A DNA stretch of 64,000 nt from Sediminibacterium sp. (lineage in GTDB: Bacteria > Bacteroidota > Bacteroidia > Chitinophagales > Chitinophagaceae): positions 6,268 to 70,267 of the forward strand of contig JBIISK010000003.1 in the NCBI GenBank assembly GCA_044341045.1. Reading direction: 5' to 3'. The position numbers were made by a program, and so were the translations under genes. The notes beneath the pieces were generated by a model, which was given only the letters and a program-made list of their open reading frames with translations, was not told where the DNA came from and ran no database searches. Below, piece after piece: positions 8,713 through 17,777 of the stretch. Positions within the stretch are counted from its first letter, which is position 1; every line of letters begins with the position of its first letter.

Positions 8713-10361
8713 TTATTACCCATACTGTTTGCAAGAACAACTGCATTATAGGCATTTACAATACCACCTGTTTTTGAGAGTGTGTTAAATGGAACAGCGA
8801 TGCTGCTATTGCCCGGTTGCAAACAGGGTGCAGTGGCAGTTGGGGTGAACACCGTTTTTTCAAGTATTGTTTTTATTTGCTTGGCTGTTAAACTAGGGTA
8901 GTATGTTTTAATGATTGCAGCAACGCCAGTTACAATGGGAGCAGCCATACTAGTGCCATCTTGATTGCCATAGGTGTTTCCACCTGGTAGGGTAGAATAT
9001 ATTTTTACGCCTGGTGCAAACAGGTCTACATTTTGTTTTCCGTAGTTGCTAAAATCGGCAGCAATAGTACCATCAGTAATAAGGGTGTCACTGCTGGCAC
9101 CCACCGTAATAAAATTAGAAGCGCTTTTTTTATAAGTAGCTAAATAACTGTTTGGAAATACCGTGGTGCTATCTAAATTATAATTTTCATTACCTGCCGA
9201 GTGTACAAGTAAAACATCTTTTTGTTCGGCGTATGCAACAGCACTATCCACCCAATATTTTTCGGGAGAGTAGGCTTTTCCAAAACTCATATTGATAATT
9301 TTGGCGCCATTGTTTACTGCGTATCTAATAGCAAGTGCAACGTCTTTGTCGTATTCATCTCCGTCGGGTACAACACGCACCATCATTATTTTTACAGCAT
9401 CAGCAACACCATCCATACCGGCACCATTGTTTCTACTCGCTGCAATAATTCCACTCACGTGTGTGCCATGGTTGGGCGTAGGCCCCATAATATCATTGTT
9501 GCCATAAAAGGCATCAGAAAAATTATAGTAGTTATCTCTAACAATGATGGTTCTTTCGTCGTTGGGTAATTTTTCTTTGGCACCAAATGCAACGTTTTTA
9601 CCATCGATATATTCTTCCATTTGTGCAATGGTATACGTGTTTAATTCATTTTCATCTAATTGCATGAGTCGGTGTAGTGATAGGAGGCCTAATTTGGCTT
9701 CCTTACCTGTAATGCTAGTTGGTATAAATTTGGCGAGCGTTTCTCTATTGTAGCTCACTACATTCATTTCTTGTTTTAGTACTTTGTCATGCTTTTTAAA
9801 AGCACTCGCCAGCATTTCAACATATTTTAATTGGTCTTTTTCTTCGTCGCTATAATTTAATTCTGATTCAGTTTTTTTCCAGGTAGCATACAGCGCTTTC
9901 TCCGAAGCAATCAAAGTGTTGGTATCCAGTAATGAGTTTAAAAATTTCGCCTTGTATTTGTGGTAAATTCTAGAACGCTCATTTGGGGCTCTTTTAACGC
10001 TTTGCCCATTTTTACCCCCTAAAAAATTCCATCCGTGCACATCGTCTATGTATCCGTTTTTATCATCATCAATACCATTGCCCGGAATTTCTTTGGTGTT
10101 GGTCCACAAAATATTTTTCAGGTCCTCGTGTGTGGTATCTATACCAGAATCTAATACTGCGATGATAATAGGGGTGGCTTTTTTATTTTTGCTGCCCAGG
10201 AAGTCGTATGCTTTTTGTAAACTAATACCTAATACCTTATCGGCACTAGGATCTAATGCTTGCCAGTTTTTAGGAACACTTTGCGCATGTAGGATATTCA
10301 TGCAGCTCGTTGTAAGTAGGGTAGTGCCAATAATTGCAATCAGGGTAAAACGCATTTTCAT
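8709..10361 (-). CDS. S8 family subtilisin-like serine peptidase, exported (possible lipoprotein)
   Basis: Catalytic triad motifs AVLDSG, HGTHVSG and GTSMAAP; NMSFG; HSAGN oxyanion motif; signal with LLTTSC. Confidence 0.93.
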   Translation of the reverse strand: MKMRFTLIAIIGTTLLTTSCMNILHAQSVPKNWQALDPSADKVLGISLQKAYDFLGSKNKKATPIIIAVLDSGIDTTHEDLKNILWTNTKEIPGNGIDDDKNGYIDDVHGWNFLGGKNGQSVKRAPNERSRIYHKYKAKFLNSLLDTNTLIASEKALYATWKKTESELNYSDEEKDQLKYVEMLASAFKKHDKVLKQEMNVVSYNRETLAKFIPTSITGKEAKLGLLSLHRLMQLDENELNTYTIAQMEEYIDGKNVAFGAKEKLPNDERTIIVRDNYYNFSDAFYGNNDIMGPTPNHGTHVSGIIAASRNNGAGMDGVADAVKIMMVRVVPDGDEYDKDVALAIRYAVNNGAKIINMSFGKAYSPEKYWVDSAVAYAEQKDVLLVHSAGNENYNLDSTTVFPNSYLATYKKSASNFITVGASSDTLITDGTIAADFSNYGKQNVDLFAPGVKIYSTLPGGNTYGNQDGTSMAAPIVTGVAAIIKTYYPSLTAKQIKTILEKTVFTPTATAPCLQPGNSSIAVPFNTLSKTGGIVNAYNAVVLANSMGNK

Positions 10362-10364
10362 GAC

Positions 10365-10397
10365 GCTAAATTACACGTTTCTAACGTGTAATTTAGC
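10365..10397. repeat. Perfect 15-bp inverted repeat with 3-nt spacer immediately upstream of the S8 start
   Basis: GCTAAATTACACGTT-TCT-AACGTGTAATTTAGC read directly from the sequence. Confidence 0.95.
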
Positions 10398-10460
10398 CCT
10401 TATCTCTTAAGAAAAGTATAAAAAAGCGGCGCTATAATGGGGTTCTTATATAAGGCACGA

Positions 10461-11159
10461 TTATTTGGCCTGACTGTGCACTAATAATTGATCATAGACA
10501 CTGCCATAGCTACTTCCAATAGGGATTTCCTTTTCACCTACCCAAATTTTACTTTTACTAAACCGGTCTATTTTAGAAATGGGTACAATATAGGAGCGGT
10601 GCACCCTTATAAAGTCTTTAGGGGGTAATTTTTCCAAAATACCTTTGAGGGTCATTAAGGTTAAAACAGGGCTGGGTTTTGTATAAATTTTAATATAGTC
10701 GTCGAGTGCCTCAATAAGGTCTACGTCTTTCAGATTAATTTTCATAATCTCGTAGTTCACCTTTACAAAAATTGAATTGAGCTGTACTTCCTGCGCACTT
10801 AAAAACTCGGTGTATTCTTTAATTTTATAGGCTGCTTTTAAAAAGCGGTCGTATTCGAATGGTTTTAATAAATAATCTACGGCGTCTGCATTAAATCCTT
10901 CTACCGCAAAATCTTTATAGGCAGTTGTAAAAACGACCATTGGTTTATTGGGTAGGTTTTTGTAAAATTCTATGCCAGTAATATCAGGCATTTGTATATC
11001 TAAAAACAAAGCGTCTACTTTATTTTCTTTTAAATAGGCGAAAGCCACATCGGTATCACTAAATGTTTGAACGAGTTGTAAGAAAGATATTTTCGAACAG
11101 TATTCCTCAATAATTTTTAGTGCAAGCGGTTCGTCATCTATGGCAATGCATGTAATCAT
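10461..11159 (-). CDS. LytR/AlgR family response regulator (REC plus LytTR)
   Basis: IDDEPLA, FLDIQMP, FTTAY, DYLLKP; LytTR FIRVHRSYIV and IPIGSSY. Confidence 0.95.
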   Translation of the reverse strand: MITCIAIDDEPLALKIIEEYCSKISFLQLVQTFSDTDVAFAYLKENKVDALFLDIQMPDITGIEFYKNLPNKPMVVFTTAYKDFAVEGFNADAVDYLLKPFEYDRFLKAAYKIKEYTEFLSAQEVQLNSIFVKVNYEIMKINLKDVDLIEALDDYIKIYTKPSPVLTLMTLKGILEKLPPKDFIRVHRSYIVPISKIDRFSKSKIWVGEKEIPIGSSYGSVYDQLLVHSQAK

Positions 11160-11163
11160 TCAA

Positions 11164-12315
11164 TTAGCTATTAATTTTTAAAGAAACTTGATAGGTGTTA
11201 TCTTGGTTACTTATGTTGAGTTGATAACTGCCCGGGTATAAAAGCGCTAGCCTTCTTTTAGCATTGTTAATGCCAATGCCCGTACTATCCAAATGGGTTG
11301 AAATGTTGGTAGCCACTGTATTTGTTGCATTAAATTCAATTTGTTTACCCGTTGCATGAATTTGTATGTCAATAGTTGTAGCTTCTTTTGTACTTACGCC
11401 ATATTTAAAGGCGTTTTCTACAAATGGAATAAACAGTAGGGGCGCAATTTGTAAATCATCGGTTACGCCACTTGTATTAAACACAACCGTTACTTTATCT
11501 GTTAAGCGCATTTGTTGCAACTCTATATAGTTTTTTGTAAAATCAATTTCGTTGTTGAGCGGTACAAAATTTTTTTCAGTTTCAGATAAAATATACCGCA
11601 TAATCGATGCGAGTTTCATTACCGCTGGCGCTGTTTGCTCACTTTTTACAATGGCTAAACTGTAAATATTATTGAGTGTATTAAAAAAGAAGTGCGGATT
11701 GATTTGCGATTTTAAAAACGACAACTCCGTATTTAATTTTTCGTTTTCTGTTTCTTTTTTGTTTTGTTCGGAGCTCAACCAGCGCTGCGTTACTGCTATG
11801 CATGTTCCAAAAGATAAAACCAATAAAAATAAAACAGTATTATAGGGATCTGCCAATCTTCTCGATCTCCTAGGTGTTCTGGTCATTTTTTTATCACCTT
11901 TAAATGATGGATTGATAATGTAATTTCCGTTTTGTTCTACGTATTCTGGCGTTGCAAAAATGGTTGCTACCTGTTTGGGTGTAAACAGGTAAATGTTTAA
12001 TGAAACAACCACAGATAAAATGTACAACCACCATTTTCTGTTGATGAGTAATGCGGGTACTAAATATTGTGTATTGAGGTAATAAAAAAATATGATAAAT
12101 ATATAATTGATAATAATAGTAGCCATCATATGATCGCTCATATTAAACTCTCGCAGTCTTGGAAAGAAAACCAAGTAGGGTACCGAAAACAAACAAATCC
12201 AAGCCACTAAGTGGGTAAGGAGATTTAGTATTTTTTTATTTTCTTTCAAAATGGAATCAATTAAGTAGGATAAACATAATAAAACTAATAGTGCTACCTT
12301 AAAGAATCGGCACAA
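11164..12315 (-). CDS. LytS-type sensor histidine kinase (start uncertain, TTG)
   Basis: Several N-terminal TM helices; ELSFLKSQINPHFFFNTLNNIY; YIELQQMRL; PLLFIPFVENAFKYG; TGIGINN. Confidence 0.93.
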   Translation of the reverse strand: MCRFFKVALLVLLCLSYLIDSILKENKKILNLLTHLVAWICLFSVPYLVFFPRLREFNMSDHMMATIIINYIFIIFFYYLNTQYLVPALLINRKWWLYILSVVVSLNIYLFTPKQVATIFATPEYVEQNGNYIINPSFKGDKKMTRTPRRSRRLADPYNTVLFLLVLSFGTCIAVTQRWLSSEQNKKETENEKLNTELSFLKSQINPHFFFNTLNNIYSLAIVKSEQTAPAVMKLASIMRYILSETEKNFVPLNNEIDFTKNYIELQQMRLTDKVTVVFNTSGVTDDLQIAPLLFIPFVENAFKYGVSTKEATTIDIQIHATGKQIEFNATNTVATNISTHLDSTGIGINNAKRRLALLYPGSYQLNISNQDNTYQVSLKINS

Positions 12316-12352
12316 CTGGGTGAAATAAAAGGCTTAATCGGTAGATAGTTAT

Positions 12353-12850
12353 TTATGAAAAATGCGTTTTGATTTGTTGGATCGTGCCAGTTGTAGAAAA
12401 ACCTTCTACAATCGGGTTAATCACTACACGACCACCAGCTGCCATCACTTCTTTGGCACCCACAATTTGATCCGTGGTATAATCGCCTCCTTTAACAAGT
12501 ACATCGGGTAAAAGGGTGGTAATCAACTCGAGTGGCGTTTGTTCATTAAAAATCACAACAGCATCTACCACTGCTAAGTTTCTTAATACAATGGCTCGGC
12601 TCTGCTCGTTGTTAATGGGTCTGGTATCTCCTTTTAACTGTTTTACACTGCTATCACTATTAAGTCCTACAATTAAATAATCGGCTTCTTTTGCTGCTGC
12701 ACTTAATGATGCAATATGACCTTCATGTAGTATATCAAAACAGCCATTTGTAAATGCCACTGTTTTACCTTTTGCGCGCCAAGCCGCAACCTCTGTAAGT
12801 AATCTTGTTACATTAAATTCCTTTAATTCAATAGCCTCAATTGCTTTCAT
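12353..12850 (-). CDS. rfaE2: D-glycero-beta-D-manno-heptose 1-phosphate adenylyltransferase (stand-alone RfaE domain II); start refined to 12850
   Basis: FTNGCFDILHEGH, VGLNSDSSVKQLKG, RP, LVKGGDY, GFSTT. Confidence 0.92.
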   Translation of the reverse strand: MKAIEAIELKEFNVTRLLTEVAAWRAKGKTVAFTNGCFDILHEGHIASLSAAAKEADYLIVGLNSDSSVKQLKGDTRPINNEQSRAIVLRNLAVVDAVVIFNEQTPLELITTLLPDVLVKGGDYTTDQIVGAKEVMAAGGRVVINPIVEGFSTTGTIQQIKTHFS

Positions 12851-13853
12851 GGGAAATCTTGTTTTTATTATAAATAGGTAAGACAAGTAAGCAGATGCTT
12901 CCAACAATGAGTACGATAATAAATTGTGCAAACCATTGCAGCGTTCCGTTGGCAAATCCAATTTCAAAGGGCACACCCATTTTCTCTACAATTTTAGCAA
13001 TGAAATACGCATAAGCGCCAATGCCACCTGGGGTTACAATCATGCCAATACTACCAAAGGCAAGTGCCGCAAGGGCTGCATTAAATCCAAGTCCAGCAGT
13101 GCCAACAGTAGCACTAAGTCCTACCCAGGTTCCTACGATATACAACAACCAAATAGTAACACTGTAAAAAATAAATAAGCCTTTTTGTTTAAGGTATCTA
13201 ATGCTTGATACTCCTTCCCAAATGCCCTTGATAATTTTTTTGGCAGACATAACAAAAGGGAGGTGACCATATTTACGACTCCAAATTTTTAGTAATACAA
13301 CGACTAGTACAATAGCACCTATTAGAATCCCAATTTTTTGCATCGAAAATTGTCCCGACTTGTTTTCAAAAAGTTGTCTAAACAATTCTAAACCATAAGA
13401 GGCAATTAAATTTGTTTGTGTAAGAAGTGTAATGATAAAAACAATGGCTAGCGAAACGACGTCAACAGCTCTTTCTGCAACAATGGTTCCTACCAATTTT
13501 TCGGCAGGTACTTTTTCATATTTGGCGAGTAGGGTACATTTTAAAACTTCACCTAAGCGTGGAATAGCAAGGTTCGCTAAATAGCCAATCATGACTGCAA
13601 AAAAAGTATTTAGGATGCTAGGTTTATAGCCCATCGGCTCCATAAGTATCCGCCACCTTAGAGCGCGTATAATATGACTAAGGGATAAAATCAAAAACAC
13701 GGGCAACATGAGCCAGTATTTTGCACCTTTTAAAGTATCTATAAATTCATCCCATTTATTAGCTGGAATTTGTCGCAAGCTCCACCATACTAAAAAAAGG
13801 CCTAGTCCAAAAAAGAAGGCATATTTAATAATAGCGCTGATTTGCTTTTTCAT
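12837..13853 (-). CDS. Lysylphosphatidylglycerol synthase TM / flippase-like membrane protein (UPF0104); start refined to 13853
   Basis: RALRWRILM, GYLANLAIPRLGEVLKC, GTIVAERAVD, PGGIGAY; multiple TM helices. Confidence 0.88.
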   Translation of the reverse strand: MKKQISAIIKYAFFFGLGLFLVWWSLRQIPANKWDEFIDTLKGAKYWLMLPVFLILSLSHIIRALRWRILMEPMGYKPSILNTFFAVMIGYLANLAIPRLGEVLKCTLLAKYEKVPAEKLVGTIVAERAVDVVSLAIVFIITLLTQTNLIASYGLELFRQLFENKSGQFSMQKIGILIGAIVLVVVLLKIWSRKYGHLPFVMSAKKIIKGIWEGVSSIRYLKQKGLFIFYSVTIWLLYIVGTWVGLSATVGTAGLGFNAALAALAFGSIGMIVTPGGIGAYAYFIAKIVEKMGVPFEIGFANGTLQWFAQFIIVLIVGSICLLVLPIYNKNKISHESN

Positions 13854-13918
13854 CGTACTTAATAAGGTCGAAACAAATGTAAGGCCTTCTACCATTTAAT
13901 TGGATACAATTTTTATCA

Positions 13919-13946
13919 TATATATTATTTAAATAAATAATATATA
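13919..13946. repeat. AT-only 13-bp inverted repeat in the divergent intergenic region
   Basis: TATATATTATTTA-AA-TAAATAATATATA. Confidence 0.85.
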
Positions 13947-14022
13947 AACTTTTCACGAATAGCTAAATTTGTCAAATTTTTTGGTCAAAGTATTGTGCTA
14001 GCTCGATTCCTTATAATTTTCG

Positions 14023-14030
14023 TACCTTTG
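14023..14030 (+). promoter_or_regulatory. -7 promoter element for the GT5-like/DUF4270 operon
   Basis: TACCTTTG, an exact TAnnTTTG match, 39 nt before ATG 14070. Confidence 0.75.
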
Positions 14031-14069
14031 CCCTCTTAAATTAGGCTCTAGGTATAAAATTGGTAACTC

Positions 14070-14888
14070 ATGTCTACAAAGAAAAGAATACTGTTTATTG
14101 CTACCGAGATGTCTCCTTACTTGGAGTTGACAGAGTTTGCAGAAATCATTACCAAACTAGCCGTTAAAAGTAATGATAGTGGTTTAGAAGTTCGCTGCAT
14201 CATGCCGCGTTTTGGGGTGATCAACGAAAGAAGACATAGGTTACACGAAGTGGTTCGTTTATCGGGTATCAATGTTTCTGTAGATGAAGACGATTACCCA
14301 TTACAAATCAAAGTGGCTTCACTTCCAAATGCAAGACTTCAGGTATACTTTTTAGAAAATGAAGACTTTTTTAAGCGTAAGCAAGTATTTCACGACGAAT
14401 CAGATACATGGTTTGATGATAACGCATTAAGAACCATTTTCTTTTGTAAAGGTGCCCTAGAAACCGTTAAAAAGTTTGGTTGGCCCCCCGATATTATTCA
14501 TTGCAGTGGTTGGATGACCGGTCTCATTCCTGCATATATAAAAACAGCCTACAAAAAAGAACCTGTTTTTGGCAATAGCAAAGTCGTTTTTACCATTGGT
14601 CAAAATACCTTTGAGAATGAATTAGGCCCCGATTTTATGAAACAGGCACTGATCAATGCAAACGTAAAAGAAAAAGATTTGGACGCCTTTAAAGCAGCCA
14701 ACAATACCGCCCTTTTTAAAGGAGGCGCTAGCTTTGCCGATGCCATTTCATTTGGTTCCGATCAAATTGATGCGAGCTTGACAGCCGAATTTGCGAAAGT
14801 AAAAGGCAAAAAAGTGGTTCCATTTAAAGGGTGGGATTCGGATTTAACAGAGTATTTAGAATTGTACAACGACCTTGCAGGCAAGTAA
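14070..14888 (+). CDS. Glycogen/starch synthase-like protein, GT5 N-terminal domain only (Bacteroidota family)
   Basis: MPRFGVINERRHRLHEVVRLSG, VYFLENEDFF, DIIHCSGWMTGLIP; no KxGGL motif and no C-terminal GT-B domain. Confidence 0.88.
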   Translation: MSTKKRILFIATEMSPYLELTEFAEIITKLAVKSNDSGLEVRCIMPRFGVINERRHRLHEVVRLSGINVSVDEDDYPLQIKVASLPNARLQVYFLENEDFFKRKQVFHDESDTWFDDNALRTIFFCKGALETVKKFGWPPDIIHCSGWMTGLIPAYIKTAYKKEPVFGNSKVVFTIGQNTFENELGPDFMKQALINANVKEKDLDAFKAANNTALFKGGASFADAISFGSDQIDASLTAEFAKVKGKKVVPFKGWDSDLTEYLELYNDLAGK

Positions 14889-14898
14889 TTAGACAAAC

Positions 14899-16386
14899 AT
14901 GTATTCAAAATTTACAGTACGTAATTTTATAGGTTTTTTTGGTTTGATGTTGATGGTTTTCATGAGCTGTACTAAAGTTCCTTCCACCGAACTCGGTGCT
15001 GGTTTAATTCCAACAATTGATGGTGTAATTACAAAAGACACCCTATTAGATGTGATCACAGATACTTACATGGACAATGATTCGGTAAGGGTGTATAAAA
15101 ATGACAACCATGTTTTGGGTGCCATTTCCAACGATCCTTTATTTGGAAAAACAGCAGCCTCCATGTATTTCGAGCTTGCACCGCCGTTTTTCCCATATGC
15201 AATTCCGGGCGCAAAAGATAGTATTCGTGTAGACTCTGCCGTTTTAATTTTAAGTTATAAATATGCATATGGTGACACTGCAGCGCCATTAAAATTGACC
15301 GTTTCAGAAATTGATCCTAGAACACCTTTAATTTCCAATTATAATTATGCAGCCAACTATCCATCTGCATATAATATAAGAACCAAAGGAACACTTGCAG
15401 ATCCTGTAAACCTTTCAATACCACGTTTAAAGGATTCGGTAATCAATAGGTATGAGCGCTCAAGCTATCAAATTAGAATTAAATTAAGGTCTGATGTTGC
15501 TAGACGTTTTATTAATACCTACGACACAACTAATGCATATCGCACAGACTCTGCATTTAAATCTTTGTTTGCAGGTTTTGCTTTAACCGTAGATCAAGCT
15601 GCGCCGACAAATGCGCTTATTCATATTAACCTCGCAGATACGAACACGAAATTTGCCCTGTACTATAATTCATCTTCTGCAGGTGCCACTGTACGAGATA
15701 CTGCTGTTGCCTATTTTAGGTTTAATTCTTTTTCTGGCGGTAGTGCTAATTTAATTTCTCGTAATAGAGTAGGAGCAGAAATAGCAAAATACACAGCCAC
15801 TACAAATAAGTCAGATTCTATTGTTTATGTACAATCGGGTCCAGGAACATATGTGCGTGTGAGAATTCCGGGTCTTAAAGGACTTAGTAATCGAATTATT
15901 CATAAGGCCGACCTTATTGCGGAGCAGGTTCCAGATGATGCCAATTTGTTTACTACTGACAACTATATGAGGCCTCCAAGGTACTTATTGTTAACTGCTA
16001 TTGATACTGTTGAGAATAGGAAATATAATATTCCCAACGACTATATCTTTTCACCCAACCAAGGCCCTAATAAATCTACTTTTGGCGGAGCTGTTTTATC
16101 TAAATCGGTTCCTGGATATTCCAGCATTGCAGCTTATTCTTTTGATATGAGCAGGTACATTCAAGGGATTGTAACCAGAAAAGATTCTGTGTATACGCTT
16201 CGCATATCGGCACCAACAAACGATTCAATTTTGTACAGAGAGCCTTACCCACAAGTAGCGGCAGTTCAGGTATATTACCTAAGTCCTCAAGATGGTAATG
16301 ATGTTGGTAATGGTCGGGTAAGACTTGGGGGCGGTACACATTCCCGTTTTAGAATGAGATTACGTATTATATTTTCTAGAATATAA
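14899..16386 (+). CDS. DUF4270 family lipoprotein
   Basis: Lipobox VFMS-C; HVLGAISNDPLFGKTAASMYF; DSAVLILSY; position directly after the GT5-like gene is the conserved arrangement. Confidence 0.75.
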   Translation: MYSKFTVRNFIGFFGLMLMVFMSCTKVPSTELGAGLIPTIDGVITKDTLLDVITDTYMDNDSVRVYKNDNHVLGAISNDPLFGKTAASMYFELAPPFFPYAIPGAKDSIRVDSAVLILSYKYAYGDTAAPLKLTVSEIDPRTPLISNYNYAANYPSAYNIRTKGTLADPVNLSIPRLKDSVINRYERSSYQIRIKLRSDVARRFINTYDTTNAYRTDSAFKSLFAGFALTVDQAAPTNALIHINLADTNTKFALYYNSSSAGATVRDTAVAYFRFNSFSGGSANLISRNRVGAEIAKYTATTNKSDSIVYVQSGPGTYVRVRIPGLKGLSNRIIHKADLIAEQVPDDANLFTTDNYMRPPRYLLLTAIDTVENRKYNIPNDYIFSPNQGPNKSTFGGAVLSKSVPGYSSIAAYSFDMSRYIQGIVTRKDSVYTLRISAPTNDSILYREPYPQVAAVQVYYLSPQDGNDVGNGRVRLGGGTHSRFRMRLRIIFSRI

Positions 16387-16402
16387 GTAACTAATTACTA
16401 CT

Positions 16403-16410
16403 TATATTTG
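16403..16410 (+). promoter_or_regulatory. -7 promoter element for metK
   Basis: TATATTTG, exact consensus, 30 nt before ATG 16441. Confidence 0.7.
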
Positions 16411-16440
16411 TGTTTTATTATAAGCTATAAACAAAAATTC

Positions 16441-17694
16441 ATGCCTTATTTATTTACTTCTGAGAGTGTTTCTGAAGGACATCCAGACAAAGTAGCGGAT
16501 CAGATTTCTGACGCATTAATCGACAACTTTTTAGCATTTGACCCACAATCAAAAGTGGCTTGCGAAACTTTAGTAACTACAGGTCAAGTTATTTTGGCTG
16601 GTGAGGTAAAATCTAAAGCATATTTGGATGTTCAAACAATTGCGCGTGATGTGATCAAGAAAATTGGTTACACCAAAAGTGAATATATGTTTGAAGCGGA
16701 TAGCTGTGGTGTATTAAGTGCTATCCACGAACAATCTGCAGATATCAACCAAGGTGTTGATAGAAAAAAGAAAGAAGAGCAGGGTGCAGGTGATCAGGGT
16801 ATGATGTTTGGTTATGCAACCAACGAAACCGATGATTTCATGCCATTGGCACTTGACTTAGCACACAAAATCTTAATTGAATTGGCTGCATTAAGAAGAG
16901 AAAACAAGGCGATCAAATATTTACGTCCAGATGCTAAGTCTCAAGTAACACTTGAGTACAACGATAAAAACGAGCCTGTACGTATTGATGCAATTGTGGT
17001 ATCTACGCAACACGATGATTTTGATAAAGAAGGTAAGATGTTGGCTAAAATCAACAAGGATATTGTTGAAATTTTAATTCCACGCGTAAAAGCAAAGTAC
17101 AAGAAGTACGCAAAATTATTTAACAAGGATATCAAGTATCATATTAACCCAACCGGTAAGTTTGTGATTGGTGGACCACACGGTGACACTGGTTTAACAG
17201 GCCGTAAAATCATCGTAGATACCTACGGTGGTAAAGGTGCACACGGTGGTGGTGCTTTCTCTGGTAAAGATCCTAGTAAGGTAGACCGTTCTGCAGCATA
17301 TGCAACGCGTCACATTGCTAAAAATTTAGTTGCTGCTGGCGTAGCTTCTGAAGTACTCGTTCAAGTTTCTTACGCGATTGGTGTTGCGAAACCAACATCT
17401 ATTAACGTAAACACCTACGGTACTGCTAAAGTAAAATTAACCGATGGTCAAATTGGTAAGTTGGTAGAATCAATTTTTGATATGCGCCCTTACTTTATTG
17501 AGCAGCGTTTAAAATTAAGAACGCCAATGTATAGTGAAACTGCTGCTTACGGTCATATGGGTCGTAAAAATGAGACAGTAACTAAAACATTTACAACCCC
17601 AGATGGTAAATCAAAAACCATGAAAGTGGAATTATTTACTTGGGAGAAATTAGATTATGTAGCAAAGGTTAAAAAAGCCTTTGGTTTAAAATAA
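16441..17694 (+). CDS. metK: S-adenosylmethionine synthetase; start refined to 16441
   Basis: [44 protein letters not shown]. Confidence 0.99.
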   Translation: MPYLFTSESVSEGHPDKVADQISDALIDNFLAFDPQSKVACETLVTTGQVILAGEVKSKAYLDVQTIARDVIKKIGYTKSEYMFEADSCGVLSAIHEQSADINQGVDRKKKEEQGAGDQGMMFGYATNETDDFMPLALDLAHKILIELAALRRENKAIKYLRPDAKSQVTLEYNDKNEPVRIDAIVVSTQHDDFDKEGKMLAKINKDIVEILIPRVKAKYKKYAKLFNKDIKYHINPTGKFVIGGPHGDTGLTGRKIIVDTYGGKGAHGGGAFSGKDPSKVDRSAAYATRHIAKNLVAAGVASEVLVQVSYAIGVAKPTSINVNTYGTAKVKLTDGQIGKLVESIFDMRPYFIEQRLKLRTPMYSETAAYGHMGRKNETVTKTFTTPDGKSKTMKVELFTWEKLDYVAKVKKAFGLK

Positions 17695-17708
17695 TATAAA
17701 TCCTAAAC

Positions 17709-17746
17709 AAAAAGCCCCTGCTAATTTTAGTGGGGGCTTTTTATTT
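17709..17746 (+). terminator. Intrinsic terminator after metK
   Basis: AAAAAGCCCC-TGCTAATTTTAGTG-GGGGCTTTTT followed by ATTT. Confidence 0.88.
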
Positions 17747-17777
17747 AGTAATATATTTGACGCACGCAACAATTAAT

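Noticed and set aside
12851-12976. N-terminal extensions in the ORF track (rfaE2, and likewise sprE, metK, cdd, hydrolase, fdx, ribF)
   Set aside because: They overlap neighbouring genes or promoter motifs; family homology begins at the downstream ATG.
16387-16440. SAM riboswitch upstream of metK
   Set aside because: Only 54 nt of intergenic DNA with a -7 element 30 nt from the ATG; no SAM-I/II consensus visible.
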